Virus record (IMG/VR): IMGVR_UViG_3300017717_002521
Coordinates: 1 to 64,000 of that record
DNA from: a virus
Reading direction: 5' to 3' (one strand)
DNA length: 64,000 nt
A program made the position numbers and the translations under genes. The notes beneath the pieces were generated by a model that was not told where the DNA came from, did no database searches, and was given only the letters and a program-made list of their open reading frames with translations. Shown here in pieces: positions 1-9,601 of this stretch. Every line of letters begins with the position of its first letter. Position 1 is the stretch's first letter.

Positions 1-9
1 GATAAAACG

Positions 10-1599
10 TTGGGTATTGGGGGTGCTGGAAGTAAAAAATCTGGAGTACCTGGAGTTACGTTGAGCAATAAAGATGTCGAAGTATTTACTACCAGAAATC
101 TTCAAGTATTTGCAATGAATAAAGAAGATTTGGAAAAAGGTGATTTTGATAAAGCAGTATTCGTATCAAATGAAGTACCAATAGAAGAAGATTCTGAACC
201 AGTAATAGTAAGATTCAGACCAAGACCACTTTTAGAAGATTATAAAAGAGGAACTATCGATAGATATTTTTTATTTGATATTAGAAATAGTGAAATAATA
301 GAAGTAAGCCAGGATGATTATGTAGAATTTAGATCTTTAAGATATAAAAGATCATTCGTTATTTCATGGTATATTTTCGGTAAAGCAGATGATTTTCAAA
401 TAAAAAAATATATCTACCCTGGAGTTAGAAATAACAACATAGATGTACTAGCTCAAGCTGAATCTACCATACCCGGTATAAGTGATTATTTAGAAGATAA
501 AATAGAATATCTTTTAGAAAGCTTAGACGATTACTCAGGAGATCCTGAGATAGTAAATTTACCTGAACCTGAAGAAGATTTAAATGATAAAGCTGAGGAA
601 ATAGAAGATTTAGGATTTGGTTCTAACACATTAGAATTACCTCAACTTCCTAAATTAGATTTAGATTTTGCAGATGATTTAGCTGGGGACTTTACAGCTG
701 CTGATGAAATACTGGGCAACGTATCAGCATCTATAGAAGATCTGCTTGCTGAACAAGATCAGGTAACTGCTGAACAAGAATCTTTAAAGAATGAAGAAGA
801 AGGTAGACTAAGGAAAATTGAAGAAGATCAGGAACAGCAAAAACGCAAAAATGCATTTAATGAGATACTTAATGATATGTCCGGTCAAGAAGGCAAATGG
901 GTTCAAAATATTGTAGAAATGAGCTCAGGTGCTAAAAATAAAAGGAAAAAAAGAAGATTAGATCAAAGAAGAGATGAAGAAAAAGCAGTTCTTTTATTTA
1001 GAAGTTTATTTCATCAATTTAAATGGAAAAACGATAAAGATGAACCATACAAATTTACTCCTAAAGAAATGGTAGGATGGGTTAATGATTCTAAGTTGAA
1101 TACTCGAATGAGATTAAGATTAACATCCAAAGCACTGTATGCTCAATGGACTAGAGATAATAAAACTTATTCAGGTAGAACGACTCTTAAAAGAATAACT
1201 CAAGCTAATATACAAAGAGAACTCGATATACCTGATCCTTCAAATAACTACGATGCTATAGAACTATCTGGTAGTGAACGTAGAGCTGCTTTAGCTTTAT
1301 TAAGAGGTAGAGATAACAGAAAACCTGAATTAAGATCAATTATTATAAAAATATGGAAAGAACAAAAACTCGTTTATAGAGATAATGTAGGAACTTATCC
1401 CGAGGAAACCTCGGATATTAGAAACGATGTTTTAGATAGATTTAATGCTTATCGAAGACTTAATTCTTCAAATCAAACTGGTAGGTATAGTCAAAGAGCA
1501 GGAGCTGCTACTGCAGGAAGTCGAAACAATAGAGTTATAGAAGCTCCTCAATACAGAGATAATAGAGGAAATCGAAACAGAAACCTTAGAGCTACATAA
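10..1599 (+). CDS. Hypothetical phage protein (probably 5'-truncated by the window edge)
   Basis: 529-aa ORF with an acidic central region and basic C-terminus; the frame is open to the window edge; no family recognised. Confidence 0.6.
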   Translation: MGIGGAGSKKSGVPGVTLSNKDVEVFTTRNLQVFAMNKEDLEKGDFDKAVFVSNEVPIEEDSEPVIVRFRPRPLLEDYKRGTIDRYFLFDIRNSEIIEVSQDDYVEFRSLRYKRSFVISWYIFGKADDFQIKKYIYPGVRNNNIDVLAQAESTIPGISDYLEDKIEYLLESLDDYSGDPEIVNLPEPEEDLNDKAEEIEDLGFGSNTLELPQLPKLDLDFADDLAGDFTAADEILGNVSASIEDLLAEQDQVTAEQESLKNEEEGRLRKIEEDQEQQKRKNAFNEILNDMSGQEGKWVQNIVEMSSGAKNKRKKRRLDQRRDEEKAVLLFRSLFHQFKWKNDKDEPYKFTPKEMVGWVNDSKLNTRMRLRLTSKALYAQWTRDNKTYSGRTTLKRITQANIQRELDIPDPSNNYDAIELSGSERRAALALLRGRDNRKPELRSIIIKIWKEQKLVYRDNVGTYPEETSDIRNDVLDRFNAYRRLNSSNQTGRYSQRAGAATAGSRNNRVIEAPQYRDNRGNRNRNLRAT

Positions 1600-1600
1600 A

Positions 1601-1633
1601 AGTTTGATAGCTATATAATTTTTCTTATATTAT
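1601..1633 (+). promoter_or_regulatory. Bacteroidota-type -33/-7 promoter (AGTTTG-N19-TATATTAT)
   Basis: Member of a motif recurring with exact 19-nt spacing upstream of many genes. Confidence 0.7.
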
Positions 1634-1647
1634 AAAAAAGGTTATAA

Positions 1648-2973
1648 GTGTTTTATATAGTAGAGCAAGAAGAAAAATTAATTAGTCTAGAGAAACTAGC
1701 TAGATTAGGAGTTTATGTAGATATTATACCTACTAATAACTACTTTCACCCTAAACTTAGCTCTACTGTTGCAATCTACCTTAGACTTTTAGGTTCTGAC
1801 CATGGGTATATTATTCCTATTAATCATAGCGAAGGTTTAAACGTATCAAAAGATCGTGTCTATGCTATTTTAAAAAAAGCAAGTAAGCTATATACTTTAA
1901 ATAAAAAAGAACTACTCTACCACTTTAACTTACAGGATGCTATAGATATATCACTACTTTACTCTATGGTAAAATTTGATAGATTAGAATTTACCTCGGA
2001 AAGTAATGCTTTAAATTACTTTTATAGTAAATTTAAAAGTTTTGATAAAGTAAATCAGTTAATTCCAATTTCAAAACTTTATGAAATAAGTTCAAAAAAA
2101 TATGATCAAGTTAAAGAAGTTATAGGATACAGTATTCCAGAAGGATTTAATTTCTACAATAAAACCGCTACTAATGTATTTTACTTATTAGAGCAATCAG
2201 GTTTGGGAGTTTTCTACGATAACTATATTGAAATGTTCAATCCTAATAACCCTTTATACAACACTATAGATAATTCAGTATTAACTTTATACAATTTATA
2301 TAATGCTACCTCCAGACCAACTAATGCTTTTAATAGCGTTAATTTCGCTGCTATTCCTAAGTCTCAACAACATAGAAAAAGCTTCAGACCTCAAAACGAC
2401 TACTTTATTGAGTTTGATTTTGACGGTTATCACTTGCGTTTACTTTGTGATCAGATTGATTATGCGCTAACTAATGAGTCTGCTCATAAACAGTTAGCTA
2501 AACAGTACTTTAACAAAGAAGAAATTACAGAAGAAGAATATGATAAAGCAAAACAGATTAACTTTCATGCAATTTACGGAAAAATCCCGGAGAAATACGC
2601 TTTTCTCGAAGTGTTTACAAAAATCGATGAATTTATCAAAGGTCTATGGACCGAATACGAAACTAACGGAAGAGTCTTGGCGCCAATTAGTAATAAACCG
2701 TTCACTAAAGCGTTAAAAGACATGAATCCTCAAAAGTTAATGAACTATATCATGCAATCGTTAGAGACTTCAAGAAATATTCTTATATTAAAAGAAGTAC
2801 TAAGGTATCTACAGAATAAAAAGACTAATATAGTTTTATATACTTACGATGCGTTATTATTTGATTTTGATAAAGAAGACGGTAAAGAAACCTTGGAACA
2901 AATTAAAGAGATCTTAGAAGAAGATGGAAAATACCCAGTTAAATTTAAATACTCAAAAGATCTGTGTTTATAA
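1648..2973 (+). CDS. Short, divergent family A DNA polymerase-like protein
   Basis: Motif A-like FIEFDFDGYHLRLL, motif B-like KAKQINFHAIYG, motif C-like YTYDALLFD; only 441 aa. Confidence 0.75.
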   Translation: MFYIVEQEEKLISLEKLARLGVYVDIIPTNNYFHPKLSSTVAIYLRLLGSDHGYIIPINHSEGLNVSKDRVYAILKKASKLYTLNKKELLYHFNLQDAIDISLLYSMVKFDRLEFTSESNALNYFYSKFKSFDKVNQLIPISKLYEISSKKYDQVKEVIGYSIPEGFNFYNKTATNVFYLLEQSGLGVFYDNYIEMFNPNNPLYNTIDNSVLTLYNLYNATSRPTNAFNSVNFAAIPKSQQHRKSFRPQNDYFIEFDFDGYHLRLLCDQIDYALTNESAHKQLAKQYFNKEEITEEEYDKAKQINFHAIYGKIPEKYAFLEVFTKIDEFIKGLWTEYETNGRVLAPISNKPFTKALKDMNPQKLMNYIMQSLETSRNILILKEVLRYLQNKKTNIVLYTYDALLFDFDKEDGKETLEQIKEILEEDGKYPVKFKYSKDLCL

Positions 2974-2992
2974 ACAGTAAAGATATTTATAT

Positions 2993-3451
2993 ATGATACA
3001 AGAAGCTATCGTAAAAGGTTTCGATTATGATATCGATCCCATTTATTTAAATGAAGATATGAGCAATAAACTTTTCTGTACCTTTGCTACTCAAGATACT
3101 TTAGATTCAGTCCTTGAGCAAGTCAAAGAAAGGTATAAAATCATATATAACAAAATCTTTGTTCTTTATTCAAAAAGCCAAGATGAGTATATATGTACTT
3201 ATAATGTGGATTTCGGCAATGTAGGGTCTTTTTTAGAAAATACTATTTTAGTACACCGTAAAAAAGAATCAAATACTCTCTATACGATTAATGCACTTAA
3301 TACATTAATAAAAGAACTAAATGGAGGTGTTCTAGATACTTCTTATAGAATAAACTGGTTAGATTACCGCAACTGTATACTACTTACAAAAGGGCCAGAA
3401 CTTAAAAGAGTAAACACTAAACTTTACAAGATAATAGAGTTGGAGAACTAA
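2993..3451 (+). CDS. Hypothetical phage replication-region protein
   Basis: 152-aa ORF between the pol-like gene and SSB. Confidence 0.6.
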   Translation: MIQEAIVKGFDYDIDPIYLNEDMSNKLFCTFATQDTLDSVLEQVKERYKIIYNKIFVLYSKSQDEYICTYNVDFGNVGSFLENTILVHRKKESNTLYTINALNTLIKELNGGVLDTSYRINWLDYRNCILLTKGPELKRVNTKLYKIIELEN

Positions 3452-3470
3452 AAAATAGTTCTTATATTAT
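3438..3470 (+). promoter_or_regulatory. -33/-7 promoter (AGTTGG-N19-TATATTAT)
   Basis: Recurrent motif upstream of the SSB gene. Confidence 0.7.
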
Positions 3471-3497
3471 AATAAACGTTATAAATAAATTAGTTAT

Positions 3498-4295
3498 ATG
3501 GATTTAAATGCTATACGCGCAAAGCTGGATACGTTAAATAATAGCGGCCAGCAAAGAGAGAAAACAGATTATTCAAAAATATTTTGGAAACCTGAACTAG
3601 GTAAGCAAACCGTACGTATCGTACCTTCTGCTTATGATCCTACTTTTCCGTTTAAGGAATTAAAATTTCACTACGGAGTAGGAAAGTACCCGATGGTAGC
3701 CTTATCAAACTTTGGTAAGCAAGACCCAATCGAAGAGTTCGTTAAAGAACTAAGAAAAACTAACGATAAAGATAATTGGTCTCTATCAGGTAAACTTAAC
3801 CCTAAAACCAGAGTTTTTGCTCCTGTTGTTGTAAGAGGAGAAGAAGATAAAGGTGTAAGACTATGGGGCTTTGGTATTACTATCTATAAAGCATTACTTG
3901 CTTTAGCAGAAGATGAAGATATCGGAGACTTCACAGACGTTATTAACGGATGGGATATGGTGGTAGAACAAGTACAAGGTAATCCTTACCCTGAGACTAC
4001 TGTTCGTATTAAACCTAAACAAACTCCTTTATCTGATAATAATGATTTAGTCGATACATGGATTAAGACTCAACCTAATCCTACTGAAGTTCATACTGAG
4101 TATGATTACGACTTTATTAAAAAACAACTACAAAGTTATTTAAACCCTGGAGCTGAGGAGACTAGTACTCCTACTGCAGGTGCTGAAACTAAGCCAGAAA
4201 GCACAAGTCCTCAAAAAACAGACTTTACTTTGGAAACAGCTACGGCTGGCAACCAAGACACAGTTAGTAAATTTGATGACTTATTTAATGAATAA
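3498..4295 (+). CDS. Single-stranded DNA-binding protein, T4 gp32-like
   Basis: FWKP...VRIVP pattern, acidic aromatic C-terminal tail (KFDDLFNE), adjacent to recA. Confidence 0.75.
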   Translation: MDLNAIRAKLDTLNNSGQQREKTDYSKIFWKPELGKQTVRIVPSAYDPTFPFKELKFHYGVGKYPMVALSNFGKQDPIEEFVKELRKTNDKDNWSLSGKLNPKTRVFAPVVVRGEEDKGVRLWGFGITIYKALLALAEDEDIGDFTDVINGWDMVVEQVQGNPYPETTVRIKPKQTPLSDNNDLVDTWIKTQPNPTEVHTEYDYDFIKKQLQSYLNPGAEETSTPTAGAETKPESTSPQKTDFTLETATAGNQDTVSKFDDLFNE

Positions 4296-5365
4296 TGGCG
4301 AAAAATAAAGAAGTACAACAAAAAGCGACCGCTGCTGTACGCAAGTCGTTTAATTTAGGTAATTTTAAGAAAAAGAAAGGTTTTGCTAATGCTTCTGTAA
4401 AGTTTAAGGAGCAAGGGTGGATACCACTCTCTAAAGCTTTTCAAGATATTACTTCCCTACCCGGTATTCCTACCGGTCATATCACTCTCTTGCGTGGACA
4501 TAGTGATACGGGCAAAACAACTGCCCTGATAGAAGCTGCGGTGAATGCTCAAAAACAGGGCATTCTCCCAGTCTTTATTGTTACTGAGATGAAATGGTCT
4601 TGGGAACATGCTAAAGAGATGGGTCTAGAGTTTAAGGAAGTAACTGATGCTAATGGTACTGTTATTGACTACGAAGGTCATTTCTTATACGCAGACAGAG
4701 GTCAACTTAATACTATTGAAGAGGTAGCGGTTTATATTGCCGATCTTATGGACGAACAAGCTAAAGGTAACTTACCTTACGATATGTGTTTCTTCTGGGA
4801 TAGTATCGGTTCAGTACCTTGTGATTTATCAGTACGTTCTAATAAGAATAACAACGAATGGAATGCAGGTGCTATGTCTACTCAGTTCGGTAATAATCTT
4901 AATCAGAAGATTCTATTATCTAGAAAAGAGAACTCACCCTATACTAATACGTTAGTAGCTATTAATAAAGTATGGACTATGAAACCTGAATCGCCTATGG
5001 GTCAACCTAAGCTTCAGAACAAAGGTGGAATGTCTATGTGGTATGATGCTACTTTAGTAGTTACTTTCGGTAACATAACTAATCCAGGTACATCTAAGAT
5101 TAAAGCTATTAAAGCTGGTATGCAGGTAGAGTTTGCTAAACGTACTAACGTTCAAGTAGAGAAGAATCATATCGGCGGAGTACAGTCAAGAGGTAGAATA
5201 GTAATGACACCTCATGGTTTTATAGCTGATGATAAGAGAGATATAGATAAATATAAAGATGCCCATAAAGATCACTGGTTAAAATTAGTTGGCTCAGTAG
5301 ACTTCGATTTAATTGAAGAAGGAGATTTAGAGGAAACCCCGATTACTCCTAATATTCTTGATTAA
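4295..5365 (+). CDS. RecA/UvsX-family recombinase
   Basis: Walker A GHSDTGKTT, Walker B FFWDSIG, KGG..MWYDA and VEKNH motifs. Confidence 0.85.
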   Translation: MAKNKEVQQKATAAVRKSFNLGNFKKKKGFANASVKFKEQGWIPLSKAFQDITSLPGIPTGHITLLRGHSDTGKTTALIEAAVNAQKQGILPVFIVTEMKWSWEHAKEMGLEFKEVTDANGTVIDYEGHFLYADRGQLNTIEEVAVYIADLMDEQAKGNLPYDMCFFWDSIGSVPCDLSVRSNKNNNEWNAGAMSTQFGNNLNQKILLSRKENSPYTNTLVAINKVWTMKPESPMGQPKLQNKGGMSMWYDATLVVTFGNITNPGTSKIKAIKAGMQVEFAKRTNVQVEKNHIGGVQSRGRIVMTPHGFIADDKRDIDKYKDAHKDHWLKLVGSVDFDLIEEGDLEETPITPNILD

Positions 5366-6378
5366 TGCCGTACGATAAAATTCTAAAGAATTTAAAGGAG
5401 ACCCCACCCCGAGCCCTTAATGATCATATTTTGATCGTTGATGCGATGAATACCTTAATAAGGTCTTTTTCACTGCTCAAAGCGATGAACCCATCAGGTG
5501 CCCATATAGGGGGCCTGGTAGGGTTTCTTCGTTCTTTAGGGTATATAACTCGGATATTTGATCCTACTAGGGTGGTTATAGTATGGGACGGTAAAGGAGG
5601 ATCTTCAAATAGAAAAAATATAGACCCTAACTATAAAGCACAGCGTGCTACTAGTAGAATTACCCATTGGGGGCTATATGATAATAAAGAAGAAGAAACC
5701 GAAGCTTTAATAGGACAATTATTTAGAACTCAAGACTACTTAGAATGCTTACCAGTACAACAATTGACTATGGAAAAGTTAGAAGCTGATGATATAATGG
5801 CTTATCTAGCTAAAAGAGCATCTAATGCGGGTAAAAAAGTTACTATAGTCTCTTCTGATAAAGATTTTTTACAGTTAGTAGATGACAATATAGAAATATA
5901 TGCTCCGGTCAAGAAAAAAACTTTTACAAAAAATAATATATTTGAAGAAATAAAAGTACTACCTACAAACTTCAACCTAGTAAAAGCATTACTAGGAGAT
6001 AATTCTGATAATTTACCAGGAGTCAAAGGATTAGGTATAAAAACTGTAGTAGCAGAGTTTCCTAAATTACTAACTGAAAAAACAGACTTAGATTATATAT
6101 TTAAAGTTGCAGAAGAAAAATTAGAAGGTAAAAAGATATTTGCAAAAATCATACACAGCTGGGATAGAGTAGAGACTAATTTTAAATTGATGGATCTACA
6201 TGATACTTCTTTAGATGATAAAGAAATAAAATATGTAGAAGATATTTTTAAAAGCAATATACCTAAATTACAGACAGGAGTATTTTTATCTCTATTAGAC
6301 CAAGATAAAATAGAAGGTATTACCAAAAATACAGAAGGTTGGTTAGAAAATTTTAGAGGGTTAACTACAGTAAAATGA
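5365..6378 (+). CDS. 5'-3' exonuclease / flap endonuclease (PolI N-terminal or T4 RNase H-like)
   Basis: LIVDAMN, VWDG, YKAQR, EADD, SSDKDFLQL, GDNSDNLPGVKGLG motifs. Confidence 0.92.
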   Translation: MPYDKILKNLKETPPRALNDHILIVDAMNTLIRSFSLLKAMNPSGAHIGGLVGFLRSLGYITRIFDPTRVVIVWDGKGGSSNRKNIDPNYKAQRATSRITHWGLYDNKEEETEALIGQLFRTQDYLECLPVQQLTMEKLEADDIMAYLAKRASNAGKKVTIVSSDKDFLQLVDDNIEIYAPVKKKTFTKNNIFEEIKVLPTNFNLVKALLGDNSDNLPGVKGLGIKTVVAEFPKLLTEKTDLDYIFKVAEEKLEGKKIFAKIIHSWDRVETNFKLMDLHDTSLDDKEIKYVEDIFKSNIPKLQTGVFLSLLDQDKIEGITKNTEGWLENFRGLTTVK

Positions 6379-6731
6379 ATTATAAGTCATTAATTTTAGG
6401 ATTGATATTATTTCTTGTGGCACAGTCACTTGCATGGTTTCAAACAAACGGTCAGTTTTTAAGTTCATGGGTAAAGGATCATCCTATACTTGTTTCAGGC
6501 CTTATGGGTATTCCCGTAGGAGCATCGTATATATTTGGTACTACTTATATTGTAGAATTTTTTAACGGACAACTATGGCCGTCTAGAATTATTGCTTTTG
6601 CTACCGGTATATTTAGTTTTTATATTCTGACTTTAATTTTTATGAAAGAAGGAATAAATATTAAAACTGGTACTATATTAGTTCTGGCATCAATGATTAT
6701 AATTTTACAGGTCTTTTGGAAGTATGAATAA
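6375..6731 (+). CDS. Small multi-pass membrane protein
   Basis: 118 aa with about 4 hydrophobic segments. Confidence 0.6.
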   Translation: MNYKSLILGLILFLVAQSLAWFQTNGQFLSSWVKDHPILVSGLMGIPVGASYIFGTTYIVEFFNGQLWPSRIIAFATGIFSFYILTLIFMKEGINIKTGTILVLASMIIILQVFWKYE

Positions 6732-7146
6732 AGCTATAATAGTTAGCGGATATTTTAACCCTCTGCATAAAGGTCATATTGAATTATTTGAAATATCTAA
6801 AGCTATAGGGGATATGCTTATAGTTATTGTAAACTCTGATTTACAGAGATTTTTAAAAGGAAGTAAGGAATTTCAGCTTGAACAAGAAAGGTTAGAAATA
6901 ATCAAAGCTATAAAATATGTAGACTGGGCTATGATTTCTATAGACAAAGACAAAACTCAGAATGAAAGCATTGAAGAGGTTTACGAAATTTATAAAGATA
7001 CTCATAAATTAGCATTTGCTAATGGAGGAGACCAAAATAATGATACTATCCCTGAGTCTAAAGTTTGTAGGAAATTAGGTATAGAATTAATAGAAGGTTT
7101 AGGAAATAAAATGCAATCAAGCAGTTGGTTATTAGATAAAAAATAA
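6724..7146 (+). CDS. Cytidylyltransferase-family nucleotidyltransferase (TagD/RfaE-II-like)
   Basis: SGYFNPLHKGH (HxGH), ANGGD, SSS C-terminal motif. Confidence 0.85.
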   Translation: MNKAIIVSGYFNPLHKGHIELFEISKAIGDMLIVIVNSDLQRFLKGSKEFQLEQERLEIIKAIKYVDWAMISIDKDKTQNESIEEVYEIYKDTHKLAFANGGDQNNDTIPESKVCRKLGIELIEGLGNKMQSSSWLLDKK

Positions 7147-7155
7147 TTATATTAT
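7123..7155 (+). promoter_or_regulatory. -33/-7 promoter (AGTTGG-N19-TATATTAT)
   Basis: Recurrent motif upstream of the helicase. Confidence 0.65.
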
Positions 7156-7169
7156 AACAAAGGTTTTAA

Positions 7170-8507
7170 ATGACATTAAAGAGTTTACAGCAGTACGGCA
7201 AGGGGTTTCAATTAAAGGTTTTAGGATCGTTACTTACTGATAAAAAGTTTCTTCTAAACGTAAGAGACGTGTTACATGATCATTACTTCGACGCCGATTC
7301 TCATAAATGGATAATCAACCAGATTTGTGAATACTTTGACAAATACCACACTAACGTTACTATGGATGTTCTTAAAGTTGAACTTCAAAAGTTAGAAAAT
7401 GAAGTACTTCAAGTAGCTTTAAAAGAAGAGTTAAGAAACTCCTATCAAGCTACACAAGACGATTTAGAATATGTACAGGAAGAGTTTCAAACTTTCTGTA
7501 AGAATCAAGAAATGAAAAACGCTATACTTAACTCAGCCGATCTACTTAAAGAAGGAGACTTCGATGGTATTAGAAATCAGGTGGAAAAAGCTATGAAGGC
7601 AGGTATGGACAAAAATATGGGACATGAATATAATAAAGATATTGAAACTAGGTATAGAGTTAATTACCGTCCTACCATTCCTTCTCCTTGGCCTATTCTT
7701 AATGATGGTATTCAAGGTGGGTTCGGTCCTGGCGATCTGGGTATTGTTTTTGGTAACCCTGGTGGCGGTAAGTCATGGTGTATGGTTGCTATTGCTGCTC
7801 ATGCTGTCTCTCTTGGTTATAAAGTTAATTACTATACGCTCGAGCTCGGAGAGGACTATGTGGGTAAAAGATTTGACTGCTACTTTACAGGATACTCTAT
7901 TGATGAGGTTAATAAACACCGTAAGGAAGTCCAAACGTATGTAGATAATCTTAAAGGTAAATTAATAGTTAAAGAATACCCTCCTAAAGGAGCTACAGTT
8001 AATACTATTAAATCTCATATACAGAAATGTATGGATATGGAGCATAAACCTGATTTAGTAGTTATAGATTACGTAGATTATTTAAGGGCTCCTTCAAGAG
8101 GAAAAACTTTTGAAAGAAAAGACGAAATAGATGATGTGTTTATAGCTACTAAAGGATTAGCTAAAGAATTAAAAATACCAGTATTAACTCCTTCTCAGGT
8201 AAATAGAATGGGGGCTAGGGATAATGTTATTGAGGGGGATAAAGCAGCAGGTAGTTACGATAAAATGATGGTAGCAGATATTTGTTTATCTCTATCTCGT
8301 CAGAAGGAAGATAAAGTTCTTGGAACTGGAAGAGTACACGTTATGAAGAATCGTTACGGACAAGATGGAATGACTTATAACGTAAAAATGGATACTAATA
8401 ATGGACATATTGAATTCGATGGTAAGGCAGATCCTGCAGACTTATTAGAGGAAACTAATAAACCTAAGTTTAATTTGTCACGTGAAACTTTATCCAAATT
8501 AATATGA
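7170..8507 (+). CDS. DnaB/T4 gp41-like replicative helicase
   Basis: Walker A GNPGGGKS, YTLEL, VIDYVDYL, SQVNR, KNRYG. Confidence 0.92.
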   Translation: MTLKSLQQYGKGFQLKVLGSLLTDKKFLLNVRDVLHDHYFDADSHKWIINQICEYFDKYHTNVTMDVLKVELQKLENEVLQVALKEELRNSYQATQDDLEYVQEEFQTFCKNQEMKNAILNSADLLKEGDFDGIRNQVEKAMKAGMDKNMGHEYNKDIETRYRVNYRPTIPSPWPILNDGIQGGFGPGDLGIVFGNPGGGKSWCMVAIAAHAVSLGYKVNYYTLELGEDYVGKRFDCYFTGYSIDEVNKHRKEVQTYVDNLKGKLIVKEYPPKGATVNTIKSHIQKCMDMEHKPDLVVIDYVDYLRAPSRGKTFERKDEIDDVFIATKGLAKELKIPVLTPSQVNRMGARDNVIEGDKAAGSYDKMMVADICLSLSRQKEDKVLGTGRVHVMKNRYGQDGMTYNVKMDTNNGHIEFDGKADPADLLEETNKPKFNLSRETLSKLI

Positions 8508-8613
8508 TTTTTTTCGGCTGAATGTTGAATATATATCATATTTATTATCGGCCCGAAGGATACTATCCAACGGGTGTTTTTGTCTAAAATATTAAAATAT
8601 ATAAGTATATAAT

Positions 8614-9591
8614 ATGAGTTTATTAGAAGAAAGAGTTGTGTACAAACCCTTCGAGTACCCCAAAGCATACGATTACTGGTTAAAACAACAACAAGCACAC
8701 TGGTTGCATACAGAAGTTCCTATGGCACAAGACGTCACGGATTGGAAATCAAATATGAAACCTCACGAAAAAAATGTAGTAGGTCAAATTTTAAAAGGAT
8801 TTGCGCAAACTGAAACTATAGTTAATGACTACTGGTCAACTTTAGTTACTAAATGGTTTAGGAAGCCGGAAGTTATAATGATGGGGACTACATTAGGGTC
8901 AAGTGAAACTATACATGCTGAAGCTTATTCATTGTTAAATGAGCAGCTAGGATTAGATGATTTTAGTGAGTTTTTAGAAGACGAAGCTACTATGGCTAAA
9001 ATAGAAGCTTTGATGAACGTTAGAGATAATCACGATGGTACAGCTAACTGGCATGAAAGAGCTAAATCATTGGCTATATTCTCAGCATTTACAGAAGGAG
9101 TTAATTTATTTAGTTCTTTTGCAGTTTTATTATCTTATAAAATGAGAAACTTACTTAAAGGAGTAGGACAGATAGTAGAATGGTCTGTAAGAGATGAAAG
9201 TTTACATTCAGAAGCAGGATGTTGGTTATTTAGAACTCTTATGAAAGAACACCCAGAGTTCAAAACTAAAAAATTAATTAAGGAAATCGAGGAAGCAGCT
9301 CTTTTAGCTTCACAGTTAGAGTTTGATTTTATAGATAAAGTATTTGAAATGGGAGATCTTGAAAATTTAAGTAAAGAAGAATTAAAGAATTTTATTCGTC
9401 ATAGAGTTAATACAAAAATGGCTGATTTAGGATTAAGCCCTATCATACCAGCTGATGAGATAGATAAAGGAGCATTAAAAACTATGAAATGGTTTGACGC
9501 AGTTATAGCTGGTAAGCAACAAACCGATTTCTTTGCAAATAGAGTTACTAACTATAGTAAGGGGCACATTGATTGGTCCGCTGCTTTTTAA
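8614..9591 (+). CDS. nrdB: Ribonucleotide reductase class I beta subunit
   Basis: YKPFEYP, ETIHAEAYS (radical Tyr), EGVNLFSSF, RDESLH, DFFA motifs. Confidence 0.95.
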   Translation: MSLLEERVVYKPFEYPKAYDYWLKQQQAHWLHTEVPMAQDVTDWKSNMKPHEKNVVGQILKGFAQTETIVNDYWSTLVTKWFRKPEVIMMGTTLGSSETIHAEAYSLLNEQLGLDDFSEFLEDEATMAKIEALMNVRDNHDGTANWHERAKSLAIFSAFTEGVNLFSSFAVLLSYKMRNLLKGVGQIVEWSVRDESLHSEAGCWLFRTLMKEHPEFKTKKLIKEIEEAALLASQLEFDFIDKVFEMGDLENLSKEELKNFIRHRVNTKMADLGLSPIIPADEIDKGALKTMKWFDAVIAGKQQTDFFANRVTNYSKGHIDWSAAF

Positions 9592-9601
9592 ATAGAAAGT
9601 T

